A DNA stretch of 64,000 nt from Selaginella moellendorffii (lineage: Eukaryota; Plantae; Lycopodiophyta): positions 376,227-440,226 of the forward strand of contig NW_003314348.1 in assembly GCF_000143415.4 (NCBI RefSeq), given 5' to 3'. Position numbers and translations under genes: made by a program. Below the pieces are notes generated by a model. The model was not told the DNA's origin. It worked only from the letters and a program-made list of their open reading frames with translations, and searched no databases. Shown in pieces: positions 26,050 through 38,271 of the stretch; the first letter of the stretch is position 1; the number at the start of each line of letters is the position of its first letter.

Positions 26050-28029
26050 CTATGCGGTCATGCCATACAGGTTGGAAAGAAGTACATAAGCCGAGGAGTC
26101 TTTGGAGTTGAGGCCCAGAACCGATTTGGCGGCTTTGGCACCGTGTTGGAGGCTGCTATGGCTTCTACACGCTCCAAGGAAGCACCTCCATTCGAATGGA
26201 TCCGGCACAAAAGGCATGCTTGCGAGGAGATCTTGCGCGTCGCTGAGCCGGGCAGCTCGGCCCAGAAGATCAACCACGCAGCAGTAGTGCTGCTTGGTGG
26301 GTTCCAGTCCGTAATCCACGATCATGGACGCGAAGCACGACTTGCCGAGGTAGAGCTTCCCGGCGTGATTGCATGCGAGCAGTGCCAGGACGAAGCAAGT
26401 CTCGTCCGGCGAATCCACCGTCTTCATCGTGTAGAAGGCGTCAAAGGCATTTGCGGAGCATCCGGTCTGCGTGTAGAGTGTCATCATTGCCCCCCACGAT
26501 GCGACATTCTGTGTCGGCATCCTGTCAAAGATCTTCTTGGCGTGGCTGATGTTTCCTGCCTGGGAGCACACCGACAGCATCGCCGTGTAGGAGAAAGTGT
26601 CGTGCTCCGGCATGGCGTGGAACATTCTCACAGCCTCCTCCAGATGCCCGTTCTGGGCATATGCATTGAGCATAGCGTTTCTACATACGAGATTCTGGTC
26701 TGGCATTTCGTCAAAGATCTTCTTTGCGTGCTCAAGATGGCTGTTTTGCGTGTACGCGGCGAGCATCGCAGTAGAGACTATGAGATTTTTTTCTGGTATG
26801 GAGTGAAAGATAGCTTCCGCAAGATGAAGCTGCCCGCTTTGGGCATATGTGGAGAGCATCGCGGTCGAGGCTACAACATCCCTTTCCGGCATTTCGTTGA
26901 ACATCCTCTCGGCATCTGAATATTTTCCCGCTTCGGCATATGCGGTCAGCAATGCCGTTGACGAGACTAAGTCCCGCTGAGGCATGCTGAAGAAGATTCT
27001 CTTAGCATCGACGAGATGCCCGTTCATGGTATATGCGGCAAGCATTGCAGTTGTGGTGGCCAGGTTGCAGAAAGGCATTCTCTGATAAACTAGCCAGGCC
27101 TTGGCAACATGACCCGTTTGGGCGTAAAGAGAGAGAATTGCCGTCGAAGACACCATGTCGTGGAATGGCATTCTCCCGAGAAAGATTCTTTCGGCACCTT
27201 CCAGATGCCCATTTACGGCAAATGCTGTGACCATAGCTGTTGTTGAGACGAGATCTTGCTCCGGCATGGAATCAAACAATCGCTTTGCGGACTCAAGCTT
27301 TCCAGCGTCTGCGTACGCGTTGAGTATCTCAGTAGAAGATACCACATTGTGTTCTGGCATGCTTTTGAAGACCTCAATGGCTCTCACAAGATACCCTGAT
27401 TGGGTATATGCCGTTAGCAAGGTGTTCCACGTCATAAGATTCCTTTGCTCCATGCTCTCAAAGAGATTCCTGGAATCAAAAACATTTCCCTCTTGTGCGT
27501 AGGCACCAAGCATCGCGGTTGACGAGACAACGTCGTGCTCTGGCATGGAATCAAACACGAGTTTTGCTGCAAAAACATGCCCTGTTTGGGCAAATGCCGC
27601 AACCAGTGAAGTCCACGAAATCGTGTCCCGTGCTGGCATTTCCTCGAACAGCGCTTGCGCGTCTGTGAGAAATCCCTGTTGGGCGAATGCAACGATGATC
27701 TGGGTCCAAGAGAACAGATTCCTTGCGGGCATTCGATCGAAGATGCCCTTGGCGCTGTCCAGTTGCCGGTTTTGAGTGTACGCCGTGAGCATGAAATCCC
27801 AGGAGAAGGAGTCCCTGGCATCGTCGTCGAGGGTGTTAAACACCTCCTCTGCCTGTGGGAGATTTCCGTGCTTGCCATGGAGCTTGAGGAGCCTGTTGGA
27901 GACGAATGCGTCCCAGCGGAGAATGTGGGCGGGGATTCGAGTGTGGATGTGTTTGGCGAGCGTGGAAGTGCCGCACGAATCGATGAGCTCAATGCATTGC
28001 CTTCTATCCAGGACATTGGCAATGGCCAT
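26050..28029 (-). CDS. PLS-class pentatricopeptide repeat protein with E domain (organellar RNA-editing factor type), intronless
   Basis: Many ~31-aa repeats (A..IF..MP.RD.VS.TAML.AYA..G). C-terminal HYCCVVDLLGRA...W..FLGACR.H...SAYVLLSNLY; no DYW. Confidence 0.95.
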   Translation of the reverse strand: MAIANVLDRRQCIELIDSCGTSTLAKHIHTRIPAHILRWDAFVSNRLLKLHGKHGNLPQAEEVFNTLDDDARDSFSWDFMLTAYTQNRQLDSAKGIFDRMPARNLFSWTQIIVAFAQQGFLTDAQALFEEMPARDTISWTSLVAAFAQTGHVFAAKLVFDSMPEHDVVSSTAMLGAYAQEGNVFDSRNLFESMEQRNLMTWNTLLTAYTQSGYLVRAIEVFKSMPEHNVVSSTEILNAYADAGKLESAKRLFDSMPEQDLVSTTAMVTAFAVNGHLEGAERIFLGRMPFHDMVSSTAILSLYAQTGHVAKAWLVYQRMPFCNLATTTAMLAAYTMNGHLVDAKRIFFSMPQRDLVSSTALLTAYAEAGKYSDAERMFNEMPERDVVASTAMLSTYAQSGQLHLAEAIFHSIPEKNLIVSTAMLAAYTQNSHLEHAKKIFDEMPDQNLVCRNAMLNAYAQNGHLEEAVRMFHAMPEHDTFSYTAMLSVCSQAGNISHAKKIFDRMPTQNVASWGAMMTLYTQTGCSANAFDAFYTMKTVDSPDETCFVLALLACNHAGKLYLGKSCFASMIVDYGLEPTKQHYCCVVDLLGRAARLSDAQDLLASMPFVPDPFEWRCFLGACRSHSSLQHGAKAAKSVLGLNSKDSSAYVLLSNLYGMTA

Positions 28030-28192
28030 GCCATCTAAAGCTCCAAGATTTGCCCTGGAAGATTATCATACGCCACAATCGCATTGTTTAGGCAAGCTCC
28101 GGAAGATCTTGCGAGCCGCGATGATCGGTCTGGGCTCACATTGAGCGCCTCAATCGCGTCTCCCCACATTCCCGCCCATCCTGCCTTGCTAA

Positions 28193-28217
28193 AACCCTAA
28201 GATTGCTTTAGGGTTTA
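28193..28217. promoter_or_regulatory. Inverted pair of telo-boxes in the divergent PPR / RRM-gene promoter
   Basis: AAACCCTAA...TTAGGGTTT. Confidence 0.55.
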
Positions 28218-28239
28218 TTGGTGTGATGAGCTCGTGGCT

Positions 28240-30533
28240 ATGGCGGGCATGATGCTCCTAGCGAAGAAGATCGGCGCCATTCCGGTGCTCAGCAAGGGCG
28301 CCACGGCGGGAGCTCTCGGAATCTCCAAGCGCAATCTCTGCGGTGGTGGCGGCGGCGATGGGAGGTACATTCCCGGTATGTTTGTAGAGAATCAAGAAGG
28401 CAATCAGGAGAATCAGGCATGGCCTCCACCCACGCAAGAAGGCTTTGTGATGGACACGGGGGCTCATCCACAAGCGCCACCGCCTCCTCATCCTCCTCCA
28501 ACGCACGCCGGATTCGTCCAAAGCATGAGTCACTCGCACTCGAGCAATGGATTCGTGCCGGTGGTGACGCAGGGTGGATTCACGGATTACAGCTCTCCAT
28601 ACCAGCAGCAAGGATACTATCCTCCTCCTCCTCCACCACCTCCTCCTCCGCAAGTTCCATACCCCTGGAACGCCCAAGCACAGCATCAACTCCATCACCA
28701 CCAGCAGTATCCACCGCCGCCTGGCAGCGCTCACCCCCAGCACTACAATGTGGAACCGCAAGGATACTACCACGTCCAGCAATATAATGTGGAGCCACAG
28801 GTACTTTACAACGCTGCCCCTGTGCATCAACACTACGTCCCACCTCCTGACTATGGCTATACTTACTCACAGCAGAGTGTTCCGGCTCCTCCAGCTCCAG
28901 CTCCAGCGCCGGCGTATGGTGGTCAGGATGTCAATGCAGCGGCCACTTGGTCTGATACTTCTGCTGTTCCCACTACTACTGCTTCTCAGGCCGTGCTGGT
29001 GGAAAGTCACGAGACGAGCGAGCGTGTAGAGGTACTTGGCTCGACAGAGGCAGAAACTTATGAGGCTTCGCAGGTTGGTGGATTGGAGATGAGTGCCGCA
29101 GCAGAGTTGCACGTTGAGCAGCAAAAGCAGCACGAGATGGAGCCGGAGGTGGTTGCTGTTCCTCCTGAATCACAACAGGTTGCTCCACCGCCGGCAGAGA
29201 TGCATGAGGAGGTTCACGAGGAGGTGGCGAAAGCGGAAGCCAGTGAAGCTTTTGCTGAGGACAAAGGTGGTGAGGTGGAGATGGTTGCGGCTGTGCAAGA
29301 GCCCGAGGTGCAGGCGGAGGAGACTGGCACTGTGGCCGAGCACGAGGCGGAGGGAGAGTCAGCGGCGGAGGAGTCACAAGAGTATGATGCGGCAGCGATG
29401 GCTATGGCTGAAGCAGGATTGCCGAGTGGCGGTGGTGTTGAGGAAAACGAAGAGGCTACCGAAGGGAGCAGTAGAGATGAAAGTGAGGCCGTGGTGGAGA
29501 CTGTGGAGCATGTGGAGGAGCCTGTGAAGGGCCTGGAGTCTCTACTCGAAGTGGAGACGTCCAAGGCGCCAGCGCCACCTCCTGCCTCTCAGAACGAAAG
29601 CTTTCTGGAAATACTCTCCAAGACGAACACGAACGTGAACGCGCGACAGGTTCCCAGGCAAAGGCCACCGCAGCTGTCGTTTCGCGCTCAAAGTAAGCTT
29701 CCAGCTCTCGGTTTTATGCGTCCATTCGCGCGCTAACTTCATTCGTTTACATGGCACCAGGAAAGACGTATGCCAAGCTACATAATCTTCCGAGGCAGAT
29801 ACTTAAAAACGATATCGTGAATTACTTCTCGGAGCTGAATTTGCAAAAGGACAGCGTTCACATGACTTATGATGAAAAGTTTTATCCCCTCTACGCGTGA
29901 GTATCACTTCCTTTCAGTCGTTTCGCTTTTGACAGATTGTTTCCATAGCCATATTGCCTTCGATTCGACGGAAGCTTTAAAGAATGCTGTCAAGATCCTG
30001 CAGACCAAAGGCCGTTTGGGCGGACGGATTGTCAAGATGGAATCGGTAATATCATGCTTGCTGGAGCTAATTTGCTTCTTTGTTTTCGTGATGTAGTTTG
30101 TCCAGTTCATGCCACCTACACATCCACAGATGACCGAGCACTTGAACAAGTATCTCGGTCGAATGGTATGTCGACCATTGCTCATCCCTTGGCTTGCTAA
30201 TCATCTTTTTCTCTTGGCAGCTGCTAATGCTCCACATCCCGCCTGAAGGGAGGATCGAAGACTTGGAGCGCTTCTTCGATGGATACGGCTTTGATCCATC
30301 TGCACTGTCCATGCTAGATGCGTAAGCTCTCGTTTCTTCACCTTCCAAACCTTATTGTTTCGCTTGCTTTCAGAGTACAAATGACGCTTGCAAGGTTTCC
30401 GAAGGAGGGCAACAGGATGGTTCGCCGGGCAGCCATTGGTTTCTGCTCGAGCTTGGAAGCAATGAGAGCTCTCCGAGAGAAACAGGGAGACTTTGTCCTG
30501 AATGAGCCCATCGAGTTGAGGTTGATCCAGTAA
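28240..30533 (+). CDS. Organelle-targeted two-RRM-like protein (At5g02740 'S24e family'-like) with long Pro/His/Glu-rich N-terminal insert; multi-exon
   Basis: Transit-peptide-like start. Exon 1 to ~29692. Later exons read YAKLHNLPRQILKNDIVNYF...KGRL..., IPPEGRIEDLERFFDGY, AMRALREKQGDFVLNEPIELRLIQ*, matching that family's pattern from memory. Confidence 0.7.
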
Positions 30534-30863
30534 ACGTACGAACTGGCTTCTCTTTCAGTCACCACTTCCAAAAAGAAACAACTGGTTTTCTCAAAGAAGG
30601 CCCTCACGGGAGAGTGGAAATAAAGAAGAAAGAACCTGCTTGGTGGCTGTGTGCTCCGCTTACTTAATCTCTCCTGAGTAATCTCTCATCCGGAAATCTC
30701 CGTAGAGAAGTTTATTGTGTTGCTAGTTATATAGAATGAATATAATGACAATATATAAAACCTTTTAGGTACTTAGTTGAATTAAGCTCGAAGAAAGAAG
30801 TCCAAACATTCGAAACAAAAACAAAGGACCAAAAAAAACTCTCTTATTTTCGTCCAAAATCTA

Positions 30864-33800
30864 TCACCACCTTCTCGACGAGTAGCCGCTGCTTTGCTGC
30901 TGCTGGGGCTGCTGCTGCTGCTGCTGCTGCGGTGGATTCCTCCTCGACGGTGGCTGATACTTACCAGGCTTTGGAGGCTCAGTCGTAGTCGGGGCCGGGG
31001 CTGGCGCTGGCAAATCTCTCCGCTCGGGCTCTCTCGGGTAGTCTCTCCCCGGATTTCTCTCGGGCCCCGGATAATCTCTCCTCTCGTGGTCTCGGCTCCG
31101 CTCGTAGTCCCGGCTCCTCTCGTCCCGGAGATCTCTAGGTGGCGGCGGCTCCTTCTCCCTCCTGTCGTCGAAGCGCGACGAACGTGACGAGTCCAGGGCG
31201 CCGCCTCTGAATGGCTGAGACGAGCGCGGGAGCCCGAAAGACGATGAAGACGGTGGCGGCGCCCCTCCCTCTCTCCTTGTTGGGGTGAAGAGGCTCGACT
31301 TCTCGGTCAGGGCCTCGCGTTCCTTGCGGGCTTTCTCCTCCGCCTCCGCTTCTCGCTGCCGTTGCTTGGCGGCCATCTCGTCGAGTTTGGCCTTCCTCTC
31401 GGCCTCTTCCACCTTACGCCTTTCCTCCTCTGCAAGACAAGTTGTTAGATTCTTTCTTGCAACGAAGTAAACCACATACCTTGTCTCCTGCGAGCCTCCT
31501 CCTCTTCTCTCAGTCTCATGAGGCGCGCCTCCTCTTGGATCCGATAGTACTCCATCTTCCTTCGTCGCTCTCTCTCTTGCCTCCGCAGGGATCTCTCCTC
31601 TGCAATCCTTTCCTCTCGAATTCTCATCTGGCGTTCAAATTCACCTCTGCGGCGGCTCGAAACCTCGTTTTGAACATCCTCCTGCAAAAAGCATTAAGTA
31701 CAGCCGAACACAAAAATGCAGGCTCATTCACCTTATCTTGTTGCATTCTTAGCAGTCTTTCCTTCTCACGGAGGTCTTCGGAGTGTTGCAGCCTACTCTG
31801 CTCAACGGCCAGCTGCAAACACCACAGATTGATTTAGTTAAAGATCACAAATAAGCCCAGTACCTTCTGTTGCTCCTCGAAATAAATTCGATCATCTTCT
31901 TGGCGCTTCAAGTACATAGCTTGAATCAGAGGGCGCTCTTCTTCACGCTTTGCTCTTTCGTAATGATCCACTGTCTTCGCAAGTTTTTGGAGCCTACGGT
32001 CTAGCTCCTCGCGCTCCTTCTTTTGATCCAAGAGCACTTGCTGCATTATGGCCTCTTTCGTTTTCGGCTTATCCTGAGAAAAGCCACATCAATAACATAT
32101 GGTAAGAAGTTCAGCCTCATCCTTACCAGGTCAGTCGGTTTCTTTTTGAGCCTTCCCTTCTGCTTGTCCAACAGAAGTTTCGCATCTTCAATCTCCTTCT
32201 CCTCAATTTCCCTCTTTACTCTTTCCTCCACCCTTTGCTCGGATTCCCGCTGCAACCTTAATCTTTCCTGGTCCTCGAGACTCTTTTGCTTCTGCTGCCT
32301 TCTGATTTCCTCCTCGCGTTCCTGAAATAACGCATAAGAATACTTCGAATGCCAAAAAACCACGCTTACCGCTTCTAAAATTTGTTTCTCCTGGTCCTCC
32401 TTTCTCTTCTCAATGATCACTTTACGGGCCAAAAGTCGCTTATGGTCCTTTTCCACAATGGAAAGAAGCTCAGAGAAACGTTGTTCGGGTCTTTTAGTAG
32501 GTTGTTGCATGAGACCTATGGCCTTGTTAAGTCGCTTCGCCAAAATTGTAAGATGGTTTTTGATCTTGTCAGACTCTAGATCCTGTGTAAGTGTAAAGCC
32601 ATGTTGGACACGGAAATCAAAGGATGTAAACATACCTGACTGCCAAAATGAACGACACCCTTCCCGTGATCAATTTTCATCTGAACGAAATTGTACTTTG
32701 CAGCATCTACAGCAAGCTTCTCAACCACAGTAAAGCTGTAGAAAGGTATCATGTTGCTGAGGTTTGTGATTCGCATCGTCTGATAAACTTGGGACACCTG
32801 GACAAGCAGTATGAAATTGTTCACAAACTTGATTACGACAATACCTGCTGCAAAACTCTCAACGTAGTAAGGTTCTGCAATGCTGGAATAAACTCCTCAA
32901 GAAGAACTTCGGGAACTGGAGAAGCTGCTGAAAGCTTATCTCCAAGCTTAGGTAACTTCGTGAGAAGAGGTTGCACTTTCGTGGCAAGATCCAGAGGGTG
33001 GAACTCGTTTTCTAACAAACAGTACAAGTCCTTCACCTCAGGCAGGACGTACGTCAACACTCCTTTGGATATCTGCTTAAAGAGACCGTTGGCAAGTGTG
33101 ACGTAAATTCAGCTGATAACTTACCAGATCAGAGAGCAAAGCAGAGCGGGATAGCTGCATCAAGTACGGTTAGTTTCGACACGAAGCACATAAACGAGCT
33201 TACCGCTTCGCGGTTGTCACGTTTAGGATCCAACGAGAACCCGAGAAGGTTAGCCATTCTCACGTTCCTGTCCTTCTCAATCTCGAGCTCGAAATGATGA
33301 GCTCCATGCTTTCTATCGTACGGTTGAACCGAAATCGTCGAGAGCAGGACGGATGAAGCCATCAGTTGCAGATCCTTCGGAGTGAGGTTCTTGTTGTAAC
33401 TCTTTTGAAGATTATAGAGCTTATACCAAGCATAACCATGGTACAGATGGCTTTGAGAAACCCAGAAGATCTTTATCAATTTAGCATAGTAGATAGCCAT
33501 CATCTGAGGTTTCGGAGATTTTTTAACCATCGACATTAGCCCATGAATGTCCTCTATCGTTCGAAAGGCTTCCTGCATTCAAGCAGTCAGAAACTTGAAC
33601 ATTCGCTCTTCCGAAATTGAAGAAAATACTAACCTGCCAAAGCTCGAGCTCCGTTGCAACTTTCAGCTGTTCTAGACGAGTATCGAGATAAAGCTGCAAA
33701 CTCTCCGGAAGCGTCAAATCCGGCCTGTCTCTCTGGTCTCTGTACTTGTTGAGATTAGCCAGGTGATTCCTCAAGATCTCACAAAGGCGGCGAAACTCAG

Positions 33801-34502
33801 TAGTCCGCTTGTATTGCAAGCAGAACTGGAACGCACGGTGAGCAGTCATCTGCCAGACAATAACAGACCACCGGAAATCAGAACGAATGCAAAAGAACAG
33901 GCATACTTACGGCGTACAAGTTCTCCAGCTTCGAATTGTTGCGAAGGATCTCCAGCACTGTCCTGTAAGTCTCCCACAAGAACTTAAACCACGGCGTGAC
34001 GAGCTCTCTGTCGGATCTCTCCTTCCCCTTCTCACCGCTCACGTAGCTGAGCATCAGATCCTCCGGAGTCTTCTCAGCCTCGAGGTCCTCCACATCGAAA
34101 GTTACCACGGCAGCCTCCGCTTGGGCCTGGGCTTGCTCCGCCCGCTCGCTGGAAAGGTGCATAAAGTGCTTGATCACCTCTTCCAGAGAGCTCACGTTCA
34201 CTTGCTGGCAAGCTATGCGGTACTGGATGAGACCATCCTTTGCAAATCGGCCGCGTCTCATGTCCACGCACAGCTCCACGTACTTGAACATAATCTTCTC
34301 CAGCGGCTTCTGCCACGCCCGATACCGCTTGGAGGTGATGAGATCGTGGAGAGCCTGGAGCGCAGCCGCCTTTTGCCCCACATTCATCAATTCTGGAGCA
34401 GCGATTGTCAATCCCCGAGCTGCGACACGAAATTTCACGAGAAGGACAGAGATTACCTTCCGCTCGCTTGAGAGCATTCTCTGGCTTGGCGAAGGTCGCC
34501 AT
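30864..34502 (-). CDS. TIF3A1: Eukaryotic translation initiation factor 3 subunit A; multi-exon
   Basis: [15 protein letters not shown]|ELMNVGQK..., [16 protein letters not shown]-region and coiled-coil exons, RD/RE-rich tail. Confidence 0.97.
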
Positions 34503-34620
34503 GGCGCCACGCCCCCGCTACGAAGAACACACCAGCAGCCTTACTAGGGCTCAAAACCCTTAGGGCAGGCGGGGTAATCCTACGGCTTAAAATTACTCCA
34601 ATCTCAACCGACCGATAGAA

Positions 34621-36704
34621 TTATTCACGAATCGACGGTCGCGATCGGGCTCTACAGATGACTTGTTTGCAAGCCAGTTCCTCGTCGACGAGCCAAAGGC
34701 CCGCCGCTTCTAAAGCTTGCTTCGTCCCATTTTTCTCCCGAGAACTCTCCGGACGAAGCAAAATTCGAGCTCCTGCCGGCGCTGTCCAGTTCTTCGAGAC
34801 CAAAGTCTCGGCTGGAGCTCCAATTTTGACGCTCCCGGCACCGCTCCACAGAGCCATCCCCAGCGAGAACTTTTTCTCGCGAAGTAACTCCTCTAGCGTC
34901 TTCATGAAGAGCTTCGTCTTGTCGCAGCTCCTCGCGAAGAACAAGCCACTGTGGAAGCTCTTCCCGACTAGAACTGCCAGGATCTCCTCGTCCACGCTCG
35001 TGTTGCTGCTTGACAGAGGATGACTGGGCCAAGTAACGTCGGGTCTCGCAAACCAGACGCTGTATCCCATCGCTATAATCTGCTGCATCGCTCGGATCGA
35101 ATAGATTGTACCGTGATCATCTTCTTTCTCTTCGTCTCCTCCCGGTGTTTCGTCAGTCAGCAACACAGGATGGCCTCGTCTCGCAAGCTCACTCGAAGTG
35201 TTGTAGTCTCGTCCCAGCAGGAGATAATTCTTCGTCCTCAAAACAGCCATTTGACACAGCCAGTTCCTGACCAGTCCGTCGTCCACACCAACGCTGTTAA
35301 CCAGGATAACTTCATTCTCCGAGTGAATATCTGAGAGTAGCGCTTCCAGGTGTTTGAAGCCATTGAGAAGCCTGTTCCGGAAAACCTGGTGGAAGCAGTA
35401 GTCGTACCATTTGAGCGTTGATAATGCCGGTATTTCCCACATGTCGATATCAGGAGTCCCGTGTCTCTTGATCAGTTTGGAGTCCGGTCCAGCATCCTTG
35501 TGATAATTGACACCTCGAGTCCGGTGGGAAACGCTTAACGCTCTTCCTCTGAGAAAGTTTGTGTAAACGTTGAAATAGCCATGAGAGTGGACGAACTTCA
35601 GAAACCAGGGCGTCCATATGTTGTTGCCGAGTTTCTTGTACCAGTCTGTCGTAACCATCCCGTCTATAATTGGCTCGATCTCTTTGGTTTTGTGTTCGTC
35701 AAACCACTGCCGAAATTCCCTCCAGGGTTTTGGAAAGAGGATCTGTCCCCATGTTCCAACAAGCTGGTAAAGAAACAAACGGGTGCTGTTGTCCAGCGCA
35801 ATACGATTTCCTCCTTTACCTGCATCTTAAGTTTAGCAACCAGATCAAGGTGACAATAAACGGACTTACCTGGAACAAACCTCGGCCTCTGAAGTGTAAT
35901 GCCGAAAATGGAAGGATCAAAATTTGCGGGATCGTAGTAATACTTAGCAATGACGCTGCGCACGTATCGGTAGTACAACGGAGACAACTGCATGTCGTCC
36001 TCGACGACAAGAGCAAACTGGTGATCGGATGAAGGCCACCACGCTTCCAGCCACTGAACTTGAAGACCAACGTTTTGCGTTCGATAGTGCACCTGCTTAG
36101 AACCGTGCGGCCACTTGAACCTGTCCAGAAAATTCAACAACTGCCGAGCCTGCTGTAAATTCCTTTCCACGGGATCGCTGCTTAGCTCTATCTCTTCTGG
36201 CTCGATCTCAGCTTCATCTTGCATGTTGATCACCCCGACCTCAGTGCTATTAACGCTTGCTGGACCATAGTCCTCGATGTTGTCAGCTTGAGACAACAAT
36301 CTTCGGCTAGACGCGTTTGCTGCTGCTGCTGCTGCTACAGGCTTGAAGTGGTCGAGATGCACAACAAGATTGACTGTGTCACTGCCGTAGTCTGCAATGG
36401 CCAGAGACCTCAAACATCTTCGTAGCGAGTCATATCTGTCGTACGCGAGAACCTGGATGACAAACTCAAACTTCTTGCTCACAACATTCCTGTCCTCCTC
36501 TTCTTGACTCGGTGGTGTGAAGCTAAGCCAGTCGAGAACCGCCGTAACCGGGAGGCTTCTTCGAAGAACGGGTCTTCCAGCCCCATGGAAAGTGAGACTA
36601 GCGAAGGTGCCGATGGAGATGAGTCCAAGGAGTAGGATGCAGGTCTTCCGCTGGCACAGCTGAAGGACCTGCTGAAGAGACCAGTGCTTCCGCCTGCCTC
36701 TCAT
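34621..36704 (-). CDS. Type II membrane GT-A glycosyltransferase-like protein (At5g12260-like); intron 35820-35869
   Basis: N-terminal TM helix; VLAYDR..SLRRCL.SL..ADY, WLEAWWP, VVEDD motif, LYQLVGTWGQ; C-terminal nucleotide-diphospho-sugar-transferase-like region. Confidence 0.8.
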
Positions 36705-36893
36705 CTCTCACCACCGGGAGAACCGAGCTCACTATTAATCCTACATTCCTTCTACTCTAGCTAGCGTACCTGTCAACACCCAATGTTCCATTCGCGCTCA
36801 AAAACTTTGCTGGAGCCCTAGTGCCCTGAGATCTGTTTGCTTTAGCACGCTCGCCACGTGGAAAGTGTCCTGTTTTTAATTTTTCCCCTTCTA

Positions 36894-38103
36894 TCAAGAG
36901 CGCGTTAGTCGACCAAAATTATCTCTGTTCCACTTTCCTGATTTTTGGTGTGAGCCACAGTTGTAGGTGAAGCATGCCCCTTCTTCGTAGACGCAGCTGG
37001 AGAGCAAATCCTGTGCTTCTGACCACGCCTTGTCAAAACAGCCTGTTCCTGATGCCAGAACGTTGCGTTGTCGAGCTAGCCGGCCCCTCTTTGACACAGG
37101 TGTCCACAGCTCCCAAGTTCCAGCGGCATGTTCGTTGACAAGATATGAGTGACCCGGTTGTTGGAAAGATAGAATGATCCTCAGAAAAAGGATGATCGCG
37201 TGGATCACGGCTCCAAGAACTGCAATGGAAGCCAGGTGCCAGGACTTGAGAACCTGATAGCCGAAGAGCATGCAGCATGCGCAGCTTAGTTCTTCTTCGT
37301 CTTCTTGTTCTTCTTCTGAAGAAACAAGCAATGAATCCCGTAAAGGTAAGGTGAGATTTTCACCTGTACCAACAAAACGCATTGCTGTAGCCATTCAAGT
37401 ACTTCAAACGAGAAAATTACCAGAATCGCATGAGTTTGGGCATGTTGGCTCGTCCCTTGGAAGACAGAGATCCAGTCGTTGGAAATGTGATTGCAAAGCA
37501 ACTACTGGTAAAAGCCTTCCGGGACTCTCGTGTTCGTCCACTGACAAAGAACAAGAAACTGAAAACTGAAAACTCGAAGTGCCAAGGCGATCAAGCAAAC
37601 CTGTCTGGGACGAACATTTTTCTGGAGCTGGTCCCGTAAGAACAGCATCCGCATGGTAACCCCCAGAATCTAAGGTAACAGTGAAGATGTGAGGGAATAA
37701 AAAGAAGAAACACTATACGTGAAGCACCTACCATCTACGACGAATACCCGCCACCATAAAATCGGAGCTTGTTGATCGGTCGAGACATCTATCTCAACAA
37801 TTCCCGGAGACCCAAGAAAGGGCTCCAATGGAACCTTGAGAACATAGAAATTGCTCGCCAATAAGCTCCTCCACACCTAGTATTATAGAAACGATGAAAA
37901 GAACCTATCGACGTAGAAAGAAAAACTACCTGATCACGAATGGACACCGAGATCTGTAGCGGGCACAAATCACTGCTGAAATTCTCGAGCTTGATGTCTA
38001 CATGCCTGTTAATCAAGATCACAAGCTGATTCACGGGAGAAGAAGCGCCGAGCGTACCCGAAGACGGCGAATCCGGCTCGAGCTCCCGATGCCACGGCGC
38101 CAT
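36894..38103 (-). CDS. Hypothetical multi-exon protein with a C-terminal-half TM segment
   Basis: ATG at 38103; ORF pieces joinable through ~50-bp GT-AG introns; hydrophobic LASIAVLGAVIHAIILFLRII. Confidence 0.55.
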
Positions 38104-38271
38104 CGAGCCCCGTGAATGCGACGAAGAGGAGGACGAAATAACCTAAGGCGGACATTCCCGCCATAGCTTGCCCTTCGAAATGAAGGGCAATCGGACGGCT
38201 ATAATGCTCCCATTCAACGATAGATTCGTTTCTTCATCTTGTTGGGGCTTGCGCGAAGGCGACGACGACCA

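Noticed and set aside
26143-28144. Antisense ORFs over the PPR and other genes (also 49325-50203, 55813-57261)
   Set aside because: Shadow ORFs of real coding sequence on the opposite strand.
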